This document shows positions 43,507 through 50,100 of a stretch of DNA of 50,100 nucleotides, piece after piece. The position numbers and the translations under genes were made by a program. The stretch is from Alistipes sp. UBA928. Its GTDB lineage: Bacteria; Bacteroidota; Bacteroidia; Bacteroidales; Rikenellaceae. The stretch's first letter is position 1. Every line of letters begins with the position of its first letter. Under the pieces are notes generated by a model. It was not told where the DNA came from, made no database searches, and was given only the letters and a program-made list of their open reading frames with translations. The stretch is from contig DBDQ01000012.1 of the NCBI GenBank assembly GCA_002293665.1, positions 1 to 50,100 on the forward strand, given 5' to 3'.

Positions 43507-43538
43507 CAAAGGTAGTGAATGACTGGCAAAACGCCAAA
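43507..43538 (-). promoter_or_regulatory. Bacteroides-type promoter for hicBA (-33 TTTG / -7 TACCTTTG, 20-nt spacer)
   Basis: The minus-strand sequence is TTTGgcgttttgccagtcattcacTACCTTTG, with the -7 box ending 17 nt upstream of the ATG at 43489. Confidence 0.55.
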
Positions 43539-43540
43539 TC

Positions 43541-44515
43541 TCATGAATTTTTCATATCCTCGAACGAGCGGAACCCCTCGCCAAGGGTCTCATTGGCATC
43601 GACCACCACGACGAACATTCCCGGGTCGATGTCGTGCAAGCGCTGTTTTACTGGTACTATCTCGCGGCGGCTGACGACCAGAAATATCATGTCTTTCTCC
43701 CGCCCGGTGTACATTCCCGTCGAGCGGATCACCGTCCCGCCGCGCCCCAGCTCGTCGAGAATGAACGCCCGCACCTCGTCCTGCCGCTCGGTGATGATAA
43801 GCATCATCTTGTCGTACGACCGCCCCTCGACCACAAGGTCAATGATCTGCGCGGCAATCCAGATCGTGAGCAGCGAGTAGAGAGGCAGCGTGGGACTTTC
43901 GCCCTCGATCCCCACCAACACCACCAGCGAACACACCACCACGAAGGCGTCGGCAATGAGCAACCCGTTCGAAAACCTCACGCGGGCATATTTCTGCAAC
44001 AGCATGGCAATAATGTCCGTACCACCCGTGGTAGCCTGCGCCCGCACTACCAACCCGACCCCGGCTCCGATAAAAATACCGCCGAATATAGACGCGAGGA
44101 TCAAATCGTCCGACAGATCGAGGCGCCCCCACAGCAACGTTTCTGCCGTCTGCGTCCCGATGTCGGGAAACAGCGCGTAGGGCAGCACCAGCATCAGCAG
44201 CGGGGTGATCAGCGACGCGAACACGGTCTTGGTGCCGAACACGGGCCCGAAAACCGCGAATCCCACGACAAGCAGGGGTATGTCCATCATGTAGCCGAAC
44301 CACCCCTGCCTGACGGCGGGAAATATCTCGTGCAGGATGGTGCTCATGCCCCATATCCCGCCCGGAGTGATCTTATAGGGATACATGAACAAGATGAACC
44401 CCAACGACATGACTGTGCATCCGAGAACGATCACCAGCCACGACGACCACCATTTCCACGAGTGCAGGTCACCCTTAACTCTCAGATATAGCTGCGCGGG
44501 ATTCATCTCTGTCAT
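43541..44515 (-). CDS. YitT-family membrane protein (DUF2179 C-terminal domain)
   Basis: The 324-aa ORF has about five TM segments with the YitT signature (...ITPGGIWGMSTIL..., ...TTGGTDIIAML...) and a soluble C-terminal DUF2179-like domain (GGTVIRSTGMYTGREKDMIFLVVSRRE). Confidence 0.85.
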   Translation of the reverse strand: MTEMNPAQLYLRVKGDLHSWKWWSSWLVIVLGCTVMSLGFILFMYPYKITPGGIWGMSTILHEIFPAVRQGWFGYMMDIPLLVVGFAVFGPVFGTKTVFASLITPLLMLVLPYALFPDIGTQTAETLLWGRLDLSDDLILASIFGGIFIGAGVGLVVRAQATTGGTDIIAMLLQKYARVRFSNGLLIADAFVVVCSLVVLVGIEGESPTLPLYSLLTIWIAAQIIDLVVEGRSYDKMMLIITERQDEVRAFILDELGRGGTVIRSTGMYTGREKDMIFLVVSRREIVPVKQRLHDIDPGMFVVVVDANETLGEGFRSFEDMKNS

Positions 44516-44584
44516 TTATGTATCTGTGTGTCGACCCGAAACTTAGCCCGGAACCGGCTCCTGTAAACTGACCGGCCTCCCGGC

Positions 44585-45172
44585 TCAGCAACCGCAGCCA
44601 CAGCCGCAGCTGCCGCCAGCCTTGCCATTGCCTCCGTCGCTCGGACAGTCGTCACCGCAACTGCAGTCGGCGCCATCCTCACAGCCGCACGAACATCCGC
44701 CGCCCGCAAAACCTTGCAGGTCTTCGGGAGTGATCTCGCGAACCTCCACGACGCGTCCGGTGAAGTTGAGCGTTTTGCCCGCCATCGGGTGGTTGAAGTC
44801 CATCCTGACGACTTCGGTCACAGCCAACACGCGGCCCATCAGACGATTGCCCTGTTGGTCGGCCATGGGTATCATGTTGCCCACTTCCAAAAGACCCGGC
44901 TCGACGGTGCCGTTCACTTCGAACACGTTTTTGGGCAACTCCACGACCGCCTCTTCGATCACCTCGCCGTAACCTTCGGCAGCGGTGAGCGTGAAGGCGA
45001 AATCGTCGCCCGCTTTGAGTCCGGCTATCGCTTCCTCGAATTTGGGCAACAGCATGCCCATTCCGTAGGCAAATTTCAGGGGTTGTCCGGGCTGCGACTG
45101 ATCGGCGATCTGCCCGTCGACTTCGAGTTTATAGTCGAGCGCCACAAAGGTGTTTTCTCCAATTTTCATCAT
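44585..45172 (-). CDS. slyD: FKBP-type peptidyl-prolyl cis-trans isomerase, SlyD-like, with a Cys/Gly/Asp-rich C-terminal tail
   Basis: The 195-aa ORF has an FKBP core with an inserted flap (VALDYKLEVDGQ...DFNHPMAGKTLNFTGRVVEVRE). The tail is GGGCSCGCEDGADCSCGDDCPSDGGNGKAGGSCGCGCGC. Confidence 0.85.
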   Translation of the reverse strand: MMKIGENTFVALDYKLEVDGQIADQSQPGQPLKFAYGMGMLLPKFEEAIAGLKAGDDFAFTLTAAEGYGEVIEEAVVELPKNVFEVNGTVEPGLLEVGNMIPMADQQGNRLMGRVLAVTEVVRMDFNHPMAGKTLNFTGRVVEVREITPEDLQGFAGGGCSCGCEDGADCSCGDDCPSDGGNGKAGGSCGCGCGC

Positions 45173-45200
45173 TTCAATTATTTGGTTAAGTTACTTCTTT

Positions 45201-48047
45201 TCAATCGAGGCATCCGCAGGTGCACACGAGGTTTCGGTCTCCATATCCTGCGTCGATCTTCGACACGACTGGGAAAAACTTCGCCCCGCGAACCCATCCG
45301 GCCGGAAAAACAGCCTGCTCCCTCGAGTATGGATGTTCCCAGGGGCCAGTCGCACCTGCGATCTCGGCAGCGGTGTGCGGAGCGTTGACCACGGGGTTGT
45401 CGTCTGTACCGACGGCCGCCTCGCATTCGCGTTTAATGGCGATCATCGCTTCCACGAACCTGTCCATCTCGGCTTTACCCTCGCTCTCGGTCGGCTCCAC
45501 CATGAACGTGTCGTGCACGGGGAAAGAGAGTGTCGGGGCGTGAAACCCGTAGTCCATCAGCCTTCGCGCCACATCGCCCGTTTCGACTCCGTAGTCGCGC
45601 TTAAACGATTGCAGGTCGAGTATCATCTCGTGGCCCACACGGCCGCTTTCTCCGTTGTAAAACGTTCTGTACTCGCCGCTTATTGCGCTCGCCATGTAGT
45701 TTGCGTTCACAATGGCCATCTCGGTGGCAAGACGCAGGCCCTTCCCGCCCAGCATTTTGATGTATCCGTAGGTGATGGGCAGCAACAGCGCACTCCCCCA
45801 CGGGGCCGACGACACGGCGGTTATACCATCGGCGCCACCCGTCGCCACAACGGGATGGGAGGGCAAAAACGGGGCCAGATGATCGGCGCAGCAAATCGGG
45901 CCCACTCCGGGGCCACCGCCACCGTGGGGCATGCCGAAAGTCTTGTGCAGATTGAGGTGACACACGTCGGCGCCTATGAATCCGGGATTTGTCAGCCCCA
46001 CCTGCGCGTTCATATTGGCACCGTCCATGTAGACCTGCCCGCCGGCGTCGTGCACGGCGTCGACTATCTCGCGAATGCGGCTCTCGAACACGCCGTGGGT
46101 CGAGGGATATGTCACCATCAATCCGGCGAGTTCGGCGCTGTGTTCGGCGGCTTTCGCCTTCAGATCGTCCACGTCTATGTTTCCGAGGGCGTCGGTCACC
46201 ACACCCACTATCTTCATCCCCGCCATCGCCGCGCTCGCCGGGTTTGTGCCGTGCGCCGAGGCGGGTATCAGTATCACGTTTCGGTAGCCTTGCCCGCGGC
46301 TTTGGTGGTAGGCGCGTATCACCATCAACCCCGCGTACTCGCCCGCCGCGCCCGAGTTGGGCTGGAGCGAGCAGGCGGCGAAACCGGTGATCGTGGCAAG
46401 GTCTTTTTCGAGTTCGGCGATTAGCGCCATGTAGCCTTCGGCCTGCTCGGCGGGTGCGAATGGGTGCATGTTCCCGAACCCGGCCAGCGACAGGGGCATC
46501 ATCGAGGCGGCGCTGTTGAGCTTCATCGTACACGACCCTAACGGGATCATGCCGTTGGCGAGCGACAGGTCACGCAACTCCAAACGCTTGATGTAGCGCA
46601 TCAGTTCGCTCTCGCTGCGATATTTCTTAAAGACATTCTCGGTGAGTATTTCGCTCGCGCGGCGCAGCGCGGCTACCGGGAACTCGCGTCCCGTCTCGAT
46701 CTTCACCGTTTTGGGCGCCTTGACCCCCATCGCGGCGGCGAAAACCGCCACCACACTCACCACCTCGTCGGCCGTGGTGAGTTCGTCGAAACTCATCCTC
46801 ACCCGTCCGCCCGGCGTATAGAAAAAGTTGATACCCTGCTCGGCCGACTCCTGACGGATGACCGACACCTCGGCCTCCACTTCGAGCGTGTCGAAGAAAT
46901 TCTCCGAGGCGAGTTCATAGCCCATCGCCCGGAGCGCACCGGCCACAGCACAGGTGTGGTCGTAGATATGCTGCGCCGCGCGCCGCACCCCTTCGGCTCC
47001 CTGATAAACGGCGTAGAACCCCGCCATCGAAGCGACGAGCGCGCTCGCAGTGCAGATGTTGGAGGTGGCTTTCTCGCGTTTTATATGCTGCTCGCGGGTC
47101 TGGAGCGACATCCTCAGCGCCTTCCCCCCGAGCCTGTCCACCGACACGCCTATTATACGACCCGGCATCGAGCGCTTGTAAGCCTCGCGCGTAGCGAAGT
47201 ACGCGGCGCTCGGGCCACCGAAACCCATCGGAATACCCCATCGTTGGGTCGACCCAACGGCAATGTCGGCGCCCCACTCACCCGGAGCCCGCAGCATTGC
47301 CAGCGCGGCCACATCGGCCACCGCCGTCACCAACGCCCCGGCCTCGTGGGCCCGGGCCACAAAAGCCTCGTAGTCGCGCACATCGCCGTTCGCCGCCGGG
47401 TACTGCACCACGACGCCGAACTCACGTCCGGAGAATTCATAAGTCGCAAAGTCATCCGACACGATCTCGATGCCGAAAGGCTCGGCGCGCGTTAAAAGCA
47501 CATCGAGCGTCTGCGCAAAAACATTCTCATCGACCACCAGCACATTGCGCCCCTCCTTCACAGCATCGCGCGACCTCAGAGCGAGCATCATCAGCATCGC
47601 CTCGGCTGCGGCCGTACCTTCGTCTAACAGCGAGCAGTTGGCGATCTCCATACCCGTGAGCGACACCACGGCGGTCTGGAAATTGAGTAGCGCCTCCAGA
47701 CGCCCCTGCGAAATCTCGGCCTGATAGGGTGTGTACGATGTGTACCACGCCGGATTCTCAAACACATTGCGCATGATGACCGCCGGCACCTCGCACGGAT
47801 ACCACCCCTGTCCTATGAACGAGCGCACCTGCCTGTTGCGCGCAGCCAACTCGCCTATGTGAGCGGCAAACTCCCCCTCGCTCATCCCCTCCTCTGGCAG
47901 CGGCAGGTTCTTTTTGAGCCTGATACCCGCAGGTATCACCTGCGCGATAAGTTCCTCGACGCTCCCCACACCTATCGTCTCGAGCATCGCCCCCAACTCC
48001 ACCGGATCGGTCACCCCGATATGCCGGTTGTAAAACACGTCTTTCAT
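45201..48047 (-). CDS. gcvP: glycine dehydrogenase (aminomethyl-transferring), single-chain P protein
   Basis: The 948-aa ORF has the conserved motifs YTPYQAEISQGRLEALLNFQ and the PLP-lysine region (HLNLHKTFGMPHGGGGPG). Confidence 0.96.
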   Translation of the reverse strand: MKDVFYNRHIGVTDPVELGAMLETIGVGSVEELIAQVIPAGIRLKKNLPLPEEGMSEGEFAAHIGELAARNRQVRSFIGQGWYPCEVPAVIMRNVFENPAWYTSYTPYQAEISQGRLEALLNFQTAVVSLTGMEIANCSLLDEGTAAAEAMLMMLALRSRDAVKEGRNVLVVDENVFAQTLDVLLTRAEPFGIEIVSDDFATYEFSGREFGVVVQYPAANGDVRDYEAFVARAHEAGALVTAVADVAALAMLRAPGEWGADIAVGSTQRWGIPMGFGGPSAAYFATREAYKRSMPGRIIGVSVDRLGGKALRMSLQTREQHIKREKATSNICTASALVASMAGFYAVYQGAEGVRRAAQHIYDHTCAVAGALRAMGYELASENFFDTLEVEAEVSVIRQESAEQGINFFYTPGGRVRMSFDELTTADEVVSVVAVFAAAMGVKAPKTVKIETGREFPVAALRRASEILTENVFKKYRSESELMRYIKRLELRDLSLANGMIPLGSCTMKLNSAASMMPLSLAGFGNMHPFAPAEQAEGYMALIAELEKDLATITGFAACSLQPNSGAAGEYAGLMVIRAYHQSRGQGYRNVILIPASAHGTNPASAAMAGMKIVGVVTDALGNIDVDDLKAKAAEHSAELAGLMVTYPSTHGVFESRIREIVDAVHDAGGQVYMDGANMNAQVGLTNPGFIGADVCHLNLHKTFGMPHGGGGPGVGPICCADHLAPFLPSHPVVATGGADGITAVSSAPWGSALLLPITYGYIKMLGGKGLRLATEMAIVNANYMASAISGEYRTFYNGESGRVGHEMILDLQSFKRDYGVETGDVARRLMDYGFHAPTLSFPVHDTFMVEPTESEGKAEMDRFVEAMIAIKRECEAAVGTDDNPVVNAPHTAAEIAGATGPWEHPYSREQAVFPAGWVRGAKFFPVVSKIDAGYGDRNLVCTCGCLD

Positions 48048-48068
48048 TTCGTAGTTCGTAATTCTTGA

Positions 48069-49745
48069 TTAATACTTAAAACTGCTCCCTCCGATAAATT
48101 CGCGCAGTATCGAGGTAGGTGGTATTTCGTCGGGTGGAATGGTGACAAAGAAATCGAGCAGCTTGAGCAGCCTCTGTGCCTCGCCGTACTCGGGAATGTT
48201 GTTGCGCACGCTCCTCAGCAGCGGCACGACGTAATTTTTCAGCACCGGCAACTCGTAGAACAGCGACGAATTGAACATCACGTCGGCCCGCTCCTGGAAC
48301 GGGAATATCCACCTCTCCTCGCCCCTCCGCACACTCTGCCAGCGTTTGAGTGTGGCCGAAGCGTCGGCGCCGCGCGTAACACTGTCGCGCACCATGCGGC
48401 GAATCAGGCGGTTGTCGGTCGTGGGGATGCGCGACAGGTTGTCCATCCCGATCGAGGTGAGCGCCGACAGGTATATGCTGAACTTCAGGTCGTCTTCGAG
48501 CGAGTCGGTCAGCGCGGGATTGAGGGCGTGAATACCCTCGACTATGAGTATCGACCGCTCGTCGAGCCTCAGCGGATTGTCGTGCCACTGCCGCCGCCCG
48601 GTGATGAAGTCGTATCGCGGTACTTCGACGCTCTCGCCCGCAATGAGCCGCCGCAAGTGGTCATTGAACGTGGCGTGGTCTATGGCGTCGAAAGCCTCGT
48701 AGTCGTAATCGCCCGTAACGGGATCGCGCGGGGTCTTGTCGCGCTCCACGAAGTAATCGTCGAGCGAGATCAGCACCGGAGTGAGCCCCAGCACGCGCAG
48801 TTGTATACCGAGGCGTTTTGCGGTGGTGGTCTTGCCGCTCGACGACGGGCCCGACATAAGCACCACGCGCGTTCCTCGCAGCAGGTTTGCCTCGTAAATG
48901 GTGTCGGCGATCGAGGCGAGTTTCTTTTCGTGGAAACTCTCGGCCACTTTGATGAGGTCGCTCGTCTCGCCGCCCTGAATACGGGTGTTGAGCTGGCCGA
49001 TGTTGGCCACACCCATGATCGACACCCAGGCGTTGTACTCCGAGAACACGTCGAACATCTTCTGCTGCGGCACCATTTTATTGAGTGCCGTCGGATCGGT
49101 TCTCTTGGGCACGGCAATGTGCATCCCCTTGTAGTAGGGCCTCAGATCATAGAGTCCCACGTAGCCGGTCGACGGAGCCAGCGCTCCATAGAAGTATCCC
49201 ACCGTGTCGCCCAGCGTGTAAAGCGAAACGTATAGCCGGGGCCGCGTCTCCAGAAGCGCGATCTTGTCGTCGTACCCTAATCGCTCGTAGCTCGCCCGCG
49301 CTTCCTCATAAAGCACCTTGTCGCGCTCGATGGGCATGTCGGCGGCGATGATCTCGGCCACGCGCGACTTGATCTGCTCGATCATCTCGGAGGTGACGTT
49401 CTCGCACTCCGAAATCTCGGAGTAGAATCCCCTCGACACCGAGTGCTTGACATAAAACTTCCGCCCCGGCCACAGGTCGTGCACCGCCTTGTTGATCACG
49501 AAGAAGAGCGTGCGCTGATAGACCCTCTGCCCCTCGAAGTGGGTGATGTCGATAAACCTCACCGACGCCGGTTCGAACAGCGTGTAGGGCAACTCCTTGA
49601 TCTTGTTGTTGACGTATGCGGCGACCCACGGCCCCGCCTCGCCTGGTGCGACCCTGCGCGCCACCTCGAGCAGCGACGTTCCCTGCTCGACGAGCAATCC
49701 GTCGCCCGTATTTTCACATATTATCCTGATCTTTTTGCCCTTCAT
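48069..49745 (-). CDS. uridine kinase-family nucleoside kinase with an N-terminal TGS/ThrRS-like extension
   Basis: I trimmed the 653-aa track ORF to the ATG at 49745 (MKGKKIRI...). The product has a P-loop (SGPSSSGKTTTAKRL) and uridine-kinase-like motifs (ISLDDYF, VPRYDF, ILIVEGIHALNP). Confidence 0.8.
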   Translation of the reverse strand: MKGKKIRIICENTGDGLLVEQGTSLLEVARRVAPGEAGPWVAAYVNNKIKELPYTLFEPASVRFIDITHFEGQRVYQRTLFFVINKAVHDLWPGRKFYVKHSVSRGFYSEISECENVTSEMIEQIKSRVAEIIAADMPIERDKVLYEEARASYERLGYDDKIALLETRPRLYVSLYTLGDTVGYFYGALAPSTGYVGLYDLRPYYKGMHIAVPKRTDPTALNKMVPQQKMFDVFSEYNAWVSIMGVANIGQLNTRIQGGETSDLIKVAESFHEKKLASIADTIYEANLLRGTRVVLMSGPSSSGKTTTAKRLGIQLRVLGLTPVLISLDDYFVERDKTPRDPVTGDYDYEAFDAIDHATFNDHLRRLIAGESVEVPRYDFITGRRQWHDNPLRLDERSILIVEGIHALNPALTDSLEDDLKFSIYLSALTSIGMDNLSRIPTTDNRLIRRMVRDSVTRGADASATLKRWQSVRRGEERWIFPFQERADVMFNSSLFYELPVLKNYVVPLLRSVRNNIPEYGEAQRLLKLLDFFVTIPPDEIPPTSILREFIGGSSFKY

Positions 49746-49756
49746 CGCAGATTTTT

Positions 49757-49777
49757 TAACTTTGCGCCACAAAGATA
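49757..49777. promoter_or_regulatory. back-to-back divergent -7 boxes (plus TAACTTTG, minus TATCTTTG)
   Basis: The plus-strand box at 49757-49764 lies 31 nt upstream of the ATG at 49795. The minus-strand box at 49770-49777 lies 25 nt upstream of the kinase ATG at 49745. Both match TAnnTTTG exactly. Confidence 0.45.
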
Positions 49778-49794
49778 ACTCAAAGAAAACTATT

Positions 49795-50100
49795 ATGAAA
49801 AGATATTTCGCCCTTGCGCTCGTGATTTTCCTCGCGGCGTGTTCTGCCGAGCAGCGGGTCGTGATCGTGTCGACCAACGACATCCACTCCTCGATCGACA
49901 ATTTTCCGCGTCTGGCGACTCTCGTCGAGGATTTGCGCGCCGCCGAGGGTGCCGACCGCGTGCTGCTCGTCGACGCGGGCGACAGGTGGACGGGCAATCC
50001 GTTTGTCGACATCGCGCCCGAGCCGCTCATGCCGATCGTCGAGTTGCAGAACGCGCTGGGCTACGACGTCACCACCCTCGGCAACCACGAGTTCGACTGG
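49795..50100 (+). CDS. bifunctional metallophosphatase / 5'-nucleotidase lipoprotein, N-terminal fragment (continues beyond the window)
   Basis: My translation is MKRYFALALVIFLAACSAEQRVVIVSTNDIHSSI...LLVDAGDRWTGNPF...TTLGNHEFDW. It shows a lipoprotein signal plus the calcineurin-like motifs D.H, GD and GNHEFD. This ORF is missing from the ORF track because no stop codon falls inside the window. Confidence 0.75.
   Translation, partial: MKRYFALALVIFLAACSAEQRVVIVSTNDIHSSIDNFPRLATLVEDLRAAEGADRVLLVDAGDRWTGNPFVDIAPEPLMPIVELQNALGYDVTTLGNHEFDW

Overview
This 50.1-kb window is chromosomal DNA from a high-G+C member of the Bacteroidota, probably Bacteroidales-like. The taxon call rests on gene content and on repeated exact matches to the Bacteroides -7 promoter box TAnnTTTG sitting 15-60 nt upstream of start codons. 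All product calls come from motif recognition in the supplied translations; I ran no database search.

The window is densely packed with core housekeeping genes:
- Left part: guaA (3' end), purU, carA, an iron-type alcohol dehydrogenase, nhaP2, and a ResB/CcsA cytochrome c maturation pair.
- Next: a type-B carboxylesterase, an LpxH-like phosphoesterase with a glycosyltransferase, ppk1 and ppx.
- Centre: hinT, relA/spoT, recA, dnaA and pgm.
- Right part: an esterase, an O-methyltransferase, an M16 peptidase, uvrA, pyrI, pyrB, yigZ, lepB, dapB, gltX, ychF, miaB, yitT, slyD, gcvP, a uridine-kinase-family protein, and the 5' end of a 5'-nucleotidase.

I found no rRNA, tRNA, CRISPR array, transposase or integrase.

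The non-core content is small:
1. An AT-rich island of about 1.8 kb (17.66-19.47 kb) lies next to an XRE-type HTH regulator. It has about 1 kb with no convincing ORF, a thrice-repeated 11-nt motif (GTTACATCCGT), divergent -7 boxes and palindromes, and one strongly AT-rich orphan ORF.
2. A HicB/HicA-like toxin-antitoxin pair is wedged between yitT and miaB.
3. A DUF3127 protein carries an SSB-style glycine-rich linker and an acidic ...DDLPF tail.
4. Three exported-protein genes (a GH16 glucanase, a small membrane-anchored protein and a small lipoprotein) each have the signal peptide in one frame and the body in another.
5. There are several low-complexity or microsatellite features (UvrA GS insert, HTH regulator 12-nt x4 repeat, SlyD Cys-rich tail), and core genes at about 29.5-38 kb appear lower in G+C.

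I could not identify a clear multi-gene novel system. The AT-rich island is the best candidate for something undescribed.
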